From Fidelibacterota bacterium (GTDB taxonomy: Bacteria > Fidelibacterota > Marinisomatia > Marinisomatales > Marinisomataceae): a stretch of DNA of 64,000 nucleotides. Within the stretch, counting starts at the first letter, position 1, and each line of letters begins with the position of its first letter. Of the stretch, positions 41,769 to 51,270 are shown in pieces. Made by a program: the position numbers and the translations under genes. The notes under the pieces are model-generated. The model did not search any database. It was not told the DNA's origin and saw nothing but the letters and a program-made list of their open reading frames with translations. The stretch covers positions 864,001 to 928,000 of the forward strand of contig OZ243041.1 of the NCBI GenBank assembly GCA_965212055.1. The letters are read 5' to 3'.

Positions 41769-41796
41769 AATTTAGTTTCAAATATGTTATTTGCAA
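41769..41796 (-). promoter_or_regulatory. candidate sigma70 promoter for the wza-like operon (leaderless spacing)
   Basis: TTGCAA-16 nt-TAAATT, then 6 nt to ATG. Confidence 0.45.
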
Positions 41797-41950
41797 ATCT
41801 TTTAAAAAGGTTACAATATTTACACTTTTTAAGTATTGCTTATAATATTTTCAATATATATCGCTAATCATAGGATTATAGTCTAGTTTGGTATAGTATT
41901 TGGTATAATATATTGTAGTTTATTTTTTGCACTGAAAAGTAAAGAAAGGT

Positions 41951-43066
41951 TTAATTTTTAAACCAAACTTTTTTATCAATATATTCTCTATAACTCAGTA
42001 TTGTTTTCAATACTTTCCAAGAAACTTGTTTTACATTATAATCTGATGGAATACGTGGTTGATTTAACTTATTTTGAGAGACAGAAACTTTGATTGATGT
42101 CAATAAATCTTTCTCTTCAAGAGGTGCCATAATCACTGTTCCTTCATCCATTGCTTCTGGTCGTTCATGCGCATCACGAATAGTTATACCGGGAAATCCT
42201 AATATGGATGATTCTTCAAAGATTGTTCCACTGTCTGAAATAACACAATATGCATTTTGTTGCAACCAAACATAATCAAAAAATCCCATTGCTTTTATAT
42301 CAACGATATTTTTTCCAAATTTAATTTTCTGCTCTTTGATTCTTATTTTAGTTCTTGGATGGAGAGAAAGTATTATTTTGTGTTTAAAGTGATTAGTAAT
42401 TGAATTAAATGATGCAACAATTTTTTCTAATTTTTCTGGACTATCTACATTTTCTTCTCGATGGATACTTGCAAGAAAATATTTGTTCTTAGATAATTTT
42501 AATTCTGATAATATTTTTGATCTTTTAATAGATTTTTCATAATAATCTAAAATTTCTTTTTGTGGCGATCCCGTTTTTACAATCTGTGCTGGATGTATAC
42601 CTTCATTTATTAAGTTTTGTTTTGCATGTTCACTATAAGGCATATGTATATCACTTATGTGGTCCACTATTTTTCTATTTATTTCTTCTGGTACTCTTAA
42701 ATCAAAACATCTATTACCGGCTTCCATATGAAAGATTGGGATTTTTCTTCTTTTAGCCATAATCGTTGATAATGCGCTATTAGTATCACCTAATACTAGT
42801 AATGCATCAGGTTTTTCTTTTTCAAAAATCTCATCAGTCTTTTCAATAATATTTGCTATTGTTTTTGATAGTGTGGAATCAGCACTATCTAAAAAATAAT
42901 CAGGTTTTCGAACATTTAAATCATTAAAAAATACTTCATTAAGTTCATAGTCATAATTTTGACCTGTATGTATAATTTTATGATTTACATGCTCGTCTAA
43001 TCTTTTCATAACCATAGACAATTTTATAATTTCTGGTCTTGTTCCTATTACAGTTATTACTTTCAT
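41951..43066 (-). CDS. UDP-N-acetylhexosamine 2-epimerase, FnlC/WbjD-type
   Basis: GTRPEIIKLS, HTGQNYDYELN, HMEAGNRCFD.RVPEE, DSGT, ERPE. Confidence 0.92.
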   Translation of the reverse strand: MKVITVIGTRPEIIKLSMVMKRLDEHVNHKIIHTGQNYDYELNEVFFNDLNVRKPDYFLDSADSTLSKTIANIIEKTDEIFEKEKPDALLVLGDTNSALSTIMAKRRKIPIFHMEAGNRCFDLRVPEEINRKIVDHISDIHMPYSEHAKQNLINEGIHPAQIVKTGSPQKEILDYYEKSIKRSKILSELKLSKNKYFLASIHREENVDSPEKLEKIVASFNSITNHFKHKIILSLHPRTKIRIKEQKIKFGKNIVDIKAMGFFDYVWLQQNAYCVISDSGTIFEESSILGFPGITIRDAHERPEAMDEGTVIMAPLEEKDLLTSIKVSVSQNKLNQPRIPSDYNVKQVSWKVLKTILSYREYIDKKVWFKN

Positions 43067-43067
43067 A

Positions 43068-44072
43068 TTATTTAAATTCCTCTAATTTTTTCAATAATTT
43101 TTTCATTTCTTCTTTATTAAGCCTTTTTGTGTTGTCGGAACTATATTCGTTTACTTCGCGAATTTTCTTATTACCTTTCTCAAAATATTTTTCATAATTT
43201 AAATCTCTTTTATCACTAGGTATTCGAAAATAATCTTTTAAATCTTCAGCTTTATACATTTCTTCTTTGCTGCATAAAACCTCAAATACTTTTTCTCCAT
43301 GTCGAATCCCAATATCATGTACTGGATGATTATTACATTCTTTCAACTCTAAAATAGCTTTAAGAAGAATACCCATTGTTGCTGCAGGTGCTTGTTGTAC
43401 AAATATATCACCATTTTTACCATTCGTAAAAGCATACTCAACCAAATCTACTGCATCGTCAACCGTCATCATAAATCTTGTCATTTCTTTATCAGTTAAA
43501 GTAATTGGAGTATTTTGTTTAATTTGAGAACACCAAAGAGGTATTACTGAACCTCTAGAAGACATAACATTCCCATATCTAGTAAGGCACAAATTCGTGC
43601 CATCAGGCGCATTCCTTGATTTTGCTACTACAACTTTTTCCATCATAGCTTTTGATGTTCCCATTGCATTGATTGGATATACTGCTTTATCTGTACTTAG
43701 ACAAACAATTTTCGACACTTTCTTTTCAAATGCAGAGTCAATTACATTGGCTGTACCAAGCACATTGGTTCTAACTGCTTCTAAAGGATGGAATTCACAA
43801 GAAGGTACTTGCTTCAATGCAGCCGCATGAAAAACAAAATCAACCCCTACCATAGCATCATTTATCGATCCTTTATGCCTTACATCCCCTAAATAAAACT
43901 TAATTCTTTTATCTTTATAAAATTTTCTTTGATCGTCTTGTTTTTTTTCATCTCTTGAAAAAACACGAATTTCTTTTACTTGAAAATCTAAATATCTCTT
44001 TAGAACCGCATTGCCAAAAGAACCTGTCCCACCTGTTATTAATACTGTTTTATTCTTTAATGTTTTCTTCAT
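43068..44072 (-). CDS. UDP-GlcNAc 4,6-dehydratase/5-epimerase, FnlA/WbjB/CapE-type
   Basis: TGGTGSFG, SRDEKKQ, ALKQVPSCEF, STDKAVYPINAMG, IGIRHGEK, RDLNY. Confidence 0.93.
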   Translation of the reverse strand: MKKTLKNKTVLITGGTGSFGNAVLKRYLDFQVKEIRVFSRDEKKQDDQRKFYKDKRIKFYLGDVRHKGSINDAMVGVDFVFHAAALKQVPSCEFHPLEAVRTNVLGTANVIDSAFEKKVSKIVCLSTDKAVYPINAMGTSKAMMEKVVVAKSRNAPDGTNLCLTRYGNVMSSRGSVIPLWCSQIKQNTPITLTDKEMTRFMMTVDDAVDLVEYAFTNGKNGDIFVQQAPAATMGILLKAILELKECNNHPVHDIGIRHGEKVFEVLCSKEEMYKAEDLKDYFRIPSDKRDLNYEKYFEKGNKKIREVNEYSSDNTKRLNKEEMKKLLKKLEEFK

Positions 44073-44080
44073 GGCATATT

Positions 44081-44950
44081 TTACATATTATAATGATACA
44101 ATTCATCAATCATTTTCTCCCAAGAAGGGATAGAAATATTCGTTTTTTTTCTGAATGCTGTAGAGTCAAGACTTCTATCACAAGTAAAGGTACTATCAGG
44201 GTTAATATTTATATTTAGTTGAAATTTTTTATTTAATAGATGTATCAAATCAAATTTGCTAATGGGCTCTGATGAAATATGAAATAATCCCTCTAATTGA
44301 GGAAAATCTTCAATAATTTGATTTAATATTTTAGAAAATGCAATTGTAGTTAGTCCAGAATAGATTGCATTTTTATACCCATTAATTGTTTTATTTTTTT
44401 GCTGTTTTGTCCATTCAAATAATCCAGTTTTATGAAATAGTGATGGACCAATGAACGACGTTCTTAATGTTAATGCATTCGGTATATTTACTTCACCTAA
44501 CATCTTAGATTCTCCATAATAATCTGTTGGATTGGGAATGTCACTTTCGTTATAGTTTCCTTTCCCCCCAGAAAAAACACAGTCAGTACTCAAATGAATG
44601 AATTTTATATTACTATCAATACATGTTTCAGCCAATAAGTGAGGAAAATCTGAATTTATATATGCTGTTTCAGGTATGTCTTTTTTGCATTCCTTTCTAT
44701 GTTTTACTATGCCTATGCAATTAATTAAAATATCAGGATTAATTTTTTTTATTTTAGATTTAACAAGATCAAAATCATTAAAATGTTCAATAAAGTTACA
44801 ATATGGTTCCGCCAAAATTTTTTCAAAAAATTTTACATCATTTAGTTTATCGTTATTTCTCATTAAGGTAGAAACATCATGATTTTTTGAAAGAACTTTA
44901 CATGCCATATGTCCTATTTCTCCAGTTGATCCTAATATTAATATTTTCAT
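44081..44950 (-). CDS. RmlD-like NDP-4-keto-6-deoxyhexose reductase
   Basis: LGSTGEIG, INCIG, HLSTDCVFSG, YGESK, LRTS.IG. Confidence 0.85.
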   Translation of the reverse strand: MKILILGSTGEIGHMACKVLSKNHDVSTLMRNNDKLNDVKFFEKILAEPYCNFIEHFNDFDLVKSKIKKINPDILINCIGIVKHRKECKKDIPETAYINSDFPHLLAETCIDSNIKFIHLSTDCVFSGGKGNYNESDIPNPTDYYGESKMLGEVNIPNALTLRTSFIGPSLFHKTGLFEWTKQQKNKTINGYKNAIYSGLTTIAFSKILNQIIEDFPQLEGLFHISSEPISKFDLIHLLNKKFQLNININPDSTFTCDRSLDSTAFRKKTNISIPSWEKMIDELYHYNM

Positions 44951-44952
44951 TG

Positions 44953-46107
44953 TTAAAATATATCCATAAAAGACGGAGTAGAACCACCATTTCGTACCCA
45001 GTCATAAAAAGCTAGATAATCTTTGCCTAATACATCCCAAGAAAAATAATCTTTAATATATGTTCTTCCAAGTTGACCCATATTTTTTAGATCATTTTTA
45101 TTCAAACTATTTGCTGCTAATATTGCTGAGTATATATCATCTTGATTTAAACTAACAACCCATCCATAATTATTCTTTTTTACAACATGCCAAGGTGTTT
45201 CTTCAGATACAATGACTGGTAAACCATAAGACATAGCTTCTGCAATCACCAATCCAAAATTTTCTGATTGAGAAGGGATAATAAATACATCATTACTAAG
45301 ATATTTTTCTTGTTTTTTTAATCCTGATACTTTATCAGTAAAAGATATATTTTTTAAACCAAATTTTTTGATTAAATCTTGTAAAAATTTATAGTAACTA
45401 ATGTCTTCATAATAACCACATATTTCTAATGTACAATTTTTGTTTTCTAATTCAATTCTAGACCATGTTTTAATAAGAAGATCAAGGCCTTTGATTGGAT
45501 GTATTCTTCCTAAATATAAAAATTTAGTTTTTTCTCTAGTAAAATTTGTCTTTTTCTCTTTGGGAATATCAATACCTTCTGGTATAACAGCAATTGGTTG
45601 TTTATAACCTAAAGACCTAATTTCATCTTTTTCTTTGAGAGACGTAGCATGAAATGCATCACAATTTGATAACATTTTATTTTGATTAGAAAATATATTA
45701 AAAAGAATTTTTTTATACCTTGATACACTTAAAGCCTCTTTTGCAAAACTTCCTTTTGGAGAATTAACTATTTTTATATTCTTTCTTTTCTTTACTGATA
45801 AAGAATAGATATGTGGCATTCTCCATAACCCATGACTATGAATTATATCACCATCAGTTGTTAATTTTTTTAAACCTGATTTAAATTTTTGTGAAGATAA
45901 AATAGATTTTAGCATAAAATCAATTCTATATTCATGAACTTTAAATGAGGGCTTAAATACCAAATTACTTTTTCCTGCTGTATGGAGATGAGTATCAATA
46001 TTGTTTGATACAGCTTCACATAAAGCTGGCACAGCATAAGAGTGACCACTCAGTTGTCTTTTAACAATAAATGGAGCAATGTGATGTACAGAAAATGAAT
46101 CTATCAT
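44953..46107 (-). CDS. GT4 glycosyltransferase
   Basis: HSHGLW, FHATS..E, GRIHPIKG, SENFGLVIAEAMSYG; start taken at MIDSF. Confidence 0.88.
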   Translation of the reverse strand: MIDSFSVHHIAPFIVKRQLSGHSYAVPALCEAVSNNIDTHLHTAGKSNLVFKPSFKVHEYRIDFMLKSILSSQKFKSGLKKLTTDGDIIHSHGLWRMPHIYSLSVKKRKNIKIVNSPKGSFAKEALSVSRYKKILFNIFSNQNKMLSNCDAFHATSLKEKDEIRSLGYKQPIAVIPEGIDIPKEKKTNFTREKTKFLYLGRIHPIKGLDLLIKTWSRIELENKNCTLEICGYYEDISYYKFLQDLIKKFGLKNISFTDKVSGLKKQEKYLSNDVFIIPSQSENFGLVIAEAMSYGLPVIVSEETPWHVVKKNNYGWVVSLNQDDIYSAILAANSLNKNDLKNMGQLGRTYIKDYFSWDVLGKDYLAFYDWVRNGGSTPSFMDIF

Positions 46108-46114
46108 GTTCAAT

Positions 46115-47122
46115 TTATGGTTGGGGTGGAAATCCGTTTCCATATAAAATAATTTTCGATATAAAATCAATGTTTGCATATAAAAAATAAAGACTAGTGA
46201 TAAGAACGCCCAAGTTTAAACCTGCACGATAAGGCAAACAATAATACAAGCAAAATATATAACCAATCATATTCATTCTATCTTCTCCAACAAAATATAG
46301 AGCTATAAATAGCGGTAAAAAATAAATTAGAGTCTCTAATCTGTCTTTTGTATAATATAAAGCTATAAGAAGAAATATTGTCATCCTTAAAAAATCAAAT
46401 ATACTTCGATCGCCACCATATGCTGTTATTTTAAAAAAAAGGTAAGGTAGTCCAGAAATTTGAGTGGAGTTTATAGCAAAGAATACAAACACTATCATTG
46501 GTAACACAAATAATAATGACCGTTTAAATTGTAATTTAAATAATAAAGGCTTGACTTCATTAATGAATAACTGAAGTGCTCTACCTAAACATAAGATTAG
46601 TATCTGCAAATGAGAAAAAATAGCTAAACCAAAGAAAAAGAAAGAAAGAACATATTTTTTTCTAAAAAGAAAAAATAACAAGAAAAAGATAAAACCAATT
46701 TTTAACCTCTCTCCTGTAAAAAATAATACATATAAATAAAAATTTGTAAGAATAAAAAAAGATGTTACTAGAAAATTAACTTTAAGATTATCAAAAACTT
46801 TTATTAAAAGCCCAGCAAGAAATGTATTACACATAGACAGAAAAAAGATTCTATCTATTCCTAGATTGCTTGCTACCCAAACAAAAATAAAATGAACAAA
46901 TTCTACTGTGGTAATAATATAATTATAGAGTTGATATGCCCTAGCAATATCAAGGTCAGCTACTCCGTTATATATTGTTCTATATCCATTGTTATCTCCC
47001 CCTACATATAAATTCCCTAGAATCAATGAAATAATAAACACAAAAAAAAGCAGTGTTATTCTCAAAAAAGTATTTTTATTAAAAGATGGTAGATTTAAAA
47101 AAATTTTAGTGTTTATCATCAT
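46115..47122 (-). CDS. probable Wzy polymerase (EpsG-like multi-TM protein)
   Basis: About 9-10 hydrophobic segments, GGD...Y motif, position inside the glycosyltransferase cluster. Confidence 0.65.
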   Translation of the reverse strand: MMINTKIFLNLPSFNKNTFLRITLLFFVFIISLILGNLYVGGDNNGYRTIYNGVADLDIARAYQLYNYIITTVEFVHFIFVWVASNLGIDRIFFLSMCNTFLAGLLIKVFDNLKVNFLVTSFFILTNFYLYVLFFTGERLKIGFIFFLLFFLFRKKYVLSFFFFGLAIFSHLQILILCLGRALQLFINEVKPLLFKLQFKRSLLFVLPMIVFVFFAINSTQISGLPYLFFKITAYGGDRSIFDFLRMTIFLLIALYYTKDRLETLIYFLPLFIALYFVGEDRMNMIGYIFCLYYCLPYRAGLNLGVLITSLYFLYANIDFISKIILYGNGFPPQP

Positions 47123-48339
47123 AAAGAAAATGCCTTCAAAAGATTTGATATGTGTAAATTTCTATAAGATTGGGGACGATGAGAATCTGCAAGAAGGAAA
47201 AACCCTGAACTAATTTTATCTTTTTTAAGATATCCATGCATACCAGCTTTTAATTTACTGTCATTGTGAAAAAAATCTGGACTTACTTGAACACCTTTTT
47301 TAGCCCACCAAACAATATCAGCAATATCTTTCACAGGCGGTAATCCTTCGTTTTCACAATCCTGATTATTAAGAAAATATCCTTTATCTTTTAATTCTTT
47401 ATTAGAAAATAGTTTCTGATGAAAATTCTTCAATTTTTCTTTATTATCTAATTTCCACCATATTCTTAACATTGTTGAATCTAAAAAATAATAAAAATCT
47501 CTCCCTAATTTAAGATTCAAATTCTTTGTAATAGATTCAATGATATTTTTGATATTGATACCATGATTAACATGTTCCATACCATGATCTCCCAAAAAAG
47601 AAATATCACACTTTTCATGATGGTATTCCATACATGTATGATAGAAATTTTTTAGTTTTATATCTATATCTTCAAGCCCTTTAATTAATTCTTGTGAATG
47701 TGGCCCAAATTTATGGCCAAGTACATCTGCTGTACTTATATATACTGGAATCAATGTCTGCTTATAATCAGAAAGCTTATTTATAAGGGTTTTAAGTCGT
47801 GAAGAATCAGTACCAAAAGAAGCACTAGATAATGATGTAAAATATTCCCAGTTAATTGTATATCCTGCATGAATATGTTCATATAATAAACCTGATTTAA
47901 TCTGTTTCGAATATTCTTCAAAATCAATTGAATCTTCTGTAAGAATAACTTTGTCTAAAATATTTAAAGGAATTCTCTGTGGATACATACTAGGGGACGA
48001 TTTATTGAGAGACACTTGCCACAAAAAACGTCTGATAATTTTTTGAAAAAATTGATTTTTTTCAAAAAAACTAAGTACAGGTATTATCCAATTTGGAAGC
48101 CATGAATATGGTCGAATATTATTCTTAGATTCAGTATCAATCGTAATAGCATTAACAAAACCAGTTTCAGAAGGTTTTAAGCTAAAAAAAATCTCCGAAC
48201 GTTCACAAAAACCACTCGATATCTCTAAATTTTTTATATAAATACCATCATGAATTTTAGATGATAACCAAGGCATATATTTAACATGATCTGATCTAAG
48301 AGCATCAAGAACTATAAGGTAATGATTTTGTAAGTTCAT
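47119..48339 (-). CDS. alkaline-phosphatase-superfamily protein, nucleotide pyrophosphatase/phosphodiesterase type
   Basis: LIVLDALRSD, D..GH..GP, GDHGM, GMHGY metal ligands; no signal peptide. Confidence 0.8.
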   Translation of the reverse strand: MNLQNHYLIVLDALRSDHVKYMPWLSSKIHDGIYIKNLEISSGFCERSEIFFSLKPSETGFVNAITIDTESKNNIRPYSWLPNWIIPVLSFFEKNQFFQKIIRRFLWQVSLNKSSPSMYPQRIPLNILDKVILTEDSIDFEEYSKQIKSGLLYEHIHAGYTINWEYFTSLSSASFGTDSSRLKTLINKLSDYKQTLIPVYISTADVLGHKFGPHSQELIKGLEDIDIKLKNFYHTCMEYHHEKCDISFLGDHGMEHVNHGINIKNIIESITKNLNLKLGRDFYYFLDSTMLRIWWKLDNKEKLKNFHQKLFSNKELKDKGYFLNNQDCENEGLPPVKDIADIVWWAKKGVQVSPDFFHNDSKLKAGMHGYLKKDKISSGFFLLADSHRPQSYRNLHISNLLKAFSL

Positions 48340-48340
48340 A

Positions 48341-49261
48341 TTAAAAATAATATTGATTTAAAAATTTATTTTTATATTCTTTCTGTGAGAAATCTTTTAA
48401 ATAATCCTCAATAATATCAACTTTTTTTTGATTATTAATACCGCTTACACATTTATATTCACAGAAAGGAAATCCAATAACATTCTTGCTTTTTGTATTG
48501 CAAAATGGAATAAATTTTACAAAATCAATTTCTTTTTTATTCTGCAATTTTTTATTAGCTATAAAATCAGATAATAATGGATATACCTCGCTATCTAAGA
48601 TAAAACAAAGACAATCTTGTTCAGCCCAACCAGAATATGGTTTACCTTCATTCGAATGAAACACCTCAGAATATTTTCCTTCACTATCTCTCAAAAATCC
48701 AACATAAGGATTTTTTTTATAACGTGTTGGCATTGCAATGAGTGGATTAAATTTTTCATATAATATGGTAGAAAAAAATATATAACTAGAAGGAATAAGT
48801 GCTAAATCACCCCACAATAAAATGGTATCATACTCTAAAGCTAAATCATTTTTGATTGCATCCAAACATACCGCTGTACCTTGTATTTGTTCAGGATGGA
48901 GTTCAATTAGATTGATTTTTTTATTTAAACCTTCTATTTGTTCAAAATAATGCTTATCGAGAGAATTAATTACTATATTGATGGAAACAATATTTGATAT
49001 TGCTTTTTCAATCACATTTAACAAGTTAATAATAATAGATTTTTGACCATTTGGATAGTCAATTTTAAGGAGAGGTTTTGGATAATTGAGATTCATTCTT
49101 TCTCCCTTTCCTGCAGCCATAATTACTATTTGATATTGTTTTTTATTGATTGAAGTATTTTCTAAATAGTAATTAAATAATTCTTTTCTATACTGTGAAA
49201 GTTCAAACTTTTTAGAAGAAAAAGGATTAAAGATTAAAGTACTATCTCCTGATTTTTTAAT
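48341..49261 (-). CDS. NTP-transferase (GlmU/sugar-phosphate nucleotidyltransferase fold); probable non-canonical ATT start
   Basis: IVIMAAGKGERM...PKPLL, GTA, LLWGD; frame stays open upstream of the ATG at 49120 up to an ATT placed 8 nt after AAGGAG. Confidence 0.75.
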   Translation of the reverse strand: MKKSGDSTLIFNPFSSKKFELSQYRKELFNYYLENTSINKKQYQIVIMAAGKGERMNLNYPKPLLKIDYPNGQKSIIINLLNVIEKAISNIVSINIVINSLDKHYFEQIEGLNKKINLIELHPEQIQGTAVCLDAIKNDLALEYDTILLWGDLALIPSSYIFFSTILYEKFNPLIAMPTRYKKNPYVGFLRDSEGKYSEVFHSNEGKPYSGWAEQDCLCFILDSEVYPLLSDFIANKKLQNKKEIDFVKFIPFCNTKSKNVIGFPFCEYKCVSGINNQKKVDIIEDYLKDFSQKEYKNKFLNQYYF

Positions 49262-50019
49262 TACAATATCTCCTTTAATGATTCCACAGAAAATGTAGGA
49301 GAAGGAGAATTTTTAACTAAATCAGATTTTGAAGAAATAAGTACAGATTGGCATTTAAGATTCTTACTGAGTTCTATGTCAGTCCAAGGATTGTCTCCTA
49401 TCACTATCAATTTTTCATCTTTTTTTACTTTTATCATTTCTCTGCTGAGATTAGGTTTTCCAAATTCTTTTGATAGCTTTTTTTTCTGTAAAACACCTGA
49501 TAAATTCAATAAACCGTCCAAAATTAAGGTAACAGTAAAATTAAATGGTGGTTCGGGTGAAATTCTATCAGGATTTCCTAATAAAATATCTGCATCTGTT
49601 TTTATAATTAAGTTTAATGCTGATTCTGTTCTTTTAATCCATTCACTATCAACCAAAGAAGTAAAAATAATTGCATCAATATCTTCTTCTGAGATATCAT
49701 TCACTATATTGCCTACAAAAGGTTTGATTTTATTGGCAACATTTTCTTGTCCGTAATGAAAAATAGTTTTGTAAGATTTTTTTTCTAAAAATTTTAATAA
49801 TAAATCTAATGATGTAATAACATCGGGTATTGGTACATTAAAAATGTTAAATAATTCCTCTTTTAATTCTAAGCCTGTTTTAGATCCAATATTTGAAAAA
49901 ATAATTATTTTTTGATAATAATTTTTTAAGAATTCTTTTGAACCATTGAGAGGTTCTTTTTTATTAGAATATAATGTTCCACTAACATCTAATAAAATTT
50001 TATCAAATTTGGATAACAT
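49261..50019 (-). CDS. HAD-IIA hydrolase (NagD/LHPP-like)
   Basis: LLDVSGTLY, SN, NPD, FGKP, IGDNPWTDI. Confidence 0.85.
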   Translation of the reverse strand: MLSKFDKILLDVSGTLYSNKKEPLNGSKEFLKNYYQKIIIFSNIGSKTGLELKEELFNIFNVPIPDVITSLDLLLKFLEKKSYKTIFHYGQENVANKIKPFVGNIVNDISEEDIDAIIFTSLVDSEWIKRTESALNLIIKTDADILLGNPDRISPEPPFNFTVTLILDGLLNLSGVLQKKKLSKEFGKPNLSREMIKVKKDEKLIVIGDNPWTDIELSKNLKCQSVLISSKSDLVKNSPSPTFSVESLKEIL

Positions 50020-50025
50020 CTTACA

Positions 50026-51270
50026 TTATTTATCATTTACTATTCTTAAAATAGTTTTTAAGACATTTTTTCCATTATGAGCAGAAGGATTTAATGGATC
50101 AGAAAAATTACCTTTCACTATTTTTAACCAAGGATATTTATTCATAATTACATTTTCATCAAAATTAATCGATTTTGATTCTTTAGATTCTGAGGTTGCA
50201 TCATCTATAATTAGGTGAGTAAGTAAATCTTTTTTATTAATACTCTTATTACTTGATCTATTTAAATATTTATATAAATCTTTTACTAGATCTGAAACAT
50301 ATAAAAAATTATTGGTTTCTTTCTTCAAGTTTGCAATCATCACTTTTGGATTCTCATTTTGTTTAATAAGATTTGCTACCCCTTTTGTTTCAAGGCTTGG
50401 AAGGATACTAGAATATGGAGTTCCAGAACCATAAACAATGATATCGCTGTTAAGTATTTTTTCTTTAATATCTTCATTATAAATAGGAATACTCCTCAAT
50501 GACTCAAGAAAACTAATTTTATCATCTATTTCTATTGAAGATAATTTTCTAATTTGATTCATTGTGATAGGATTTGTCATCTGATAGATATCTTTTATGC
50601 TATCTGTAGTGCGAGTTAATACCACAGATGCTTCATTAGGTAAAAGGGTACCATTTTTCAGTAACCCACTTAGAAATCTAACAGAATTTGTATTAGAATA
50701 TATTGCAATTTTACTATTCAGATTACAAAATTTAGAAAAAGCATTAGTAGCTTTATTAAAGTCAAGATTATTTTCTACCAATAGAGCTCCAAATAAAATA
50801 TTACCAATTTTGAAATCTTCTATATCAATAATTTCATCTCTGTTTTGATAAAAATAATTGAAAAAAATAATAAATTTTTTCAAAATTTGTTTTCTTGTTT
50901 TATCTGGAATTTGTGAAAGTGCAGATAAATATTTAGGTAAAGAATTTTTATATAGCATTTTGTGCAGATTACGATATAATAATAACCTTTCTTCAAAATT
51001 ATCAACCATCGGAAATCTGGCTTCTAATGCGTTTATTAGTTTTTCATTTGGAGAAAGAGAAAGGATTGCTTTTAAAAAATCACTTATTCCATGAGCTTTA
51101 TAATGAAATAATCTTCTAATCTCTCCTGTAGATGCACCATCATCTAAACCATTAATTATTACTGAAAGTTCATTGATGTCGTTCATTTGTTTTTTCATTG
51201 CAAAAAACAAATTTTTATTCCCTCTTCCTCCTGAAAATATTATAACTTTTGGTTTATATTTATTTTTCAT
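50026..51270 (-). CDS. YvcK/GlmR/CofD-like (UPF0052) protein
   Basis: FSGGRG, DDGASTGEIR, IGN, DIIVYGSGTPYSSILP, KVMIANL; start at MKNKY. Confidence 0.8.
   Translation of the reverse strand: MKNKYKPKVIIFSGGRGNKNLFFAMKKQMNDINELSVIINGLDDGASTGEIRRLFHYKAHGISDFLKAILSLSPNEKLINALEARFPMVDNFEERLLLYRNLHKMLYKNSLPKYLSALSQIPDKTRKQILKKFIIFFNYFYQNRDEIIDIEDFKIGNILFGALLVENNLDFNKATNAFSKFCNLNSKIAIYSNTNSVRFLSGLLKNGTLLPNEASVVLTRTTDSIKDIYQMTNPITMNQIRKLSSIEIDDKISFLESLRSIPIYNEDIKEKILNSDIIVYGSGTPYSSILPSLETKGVANLIKQNENPKVMIANLKKETNNFLYVSDLVKDLYKYLNRSSNKSINKKDLLTHLIIDDATSESKESKSINFDENVIMNKYPWLKIVKGNFSDPLNPSAHNGKNVLKTILRIVNDK

Noticed and set aside
41887..41909. Direct repeat TTTGGTATA x2, resembling a sigma54 site
   Set aside because: The -12 position is GG not GC, it points antisense to flanking genes, and two 9-mers in AT-rich DNA are weak evidence
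38351..50019. Campylobacter-type O-methyl phosphoramidate pathway
   Set aside because: CysC-like kinase and NTP-transferase are present, but no glutamine kinase, amidohydrolase or methyltransferase homologue is in the window
48341..51270. Coenzyme F420 biosynthesis (cofC/cofD)
   Set aside because: Motifs are YvcK-type (DDGxSxG) and no cofE/cofG/cofH is in the window
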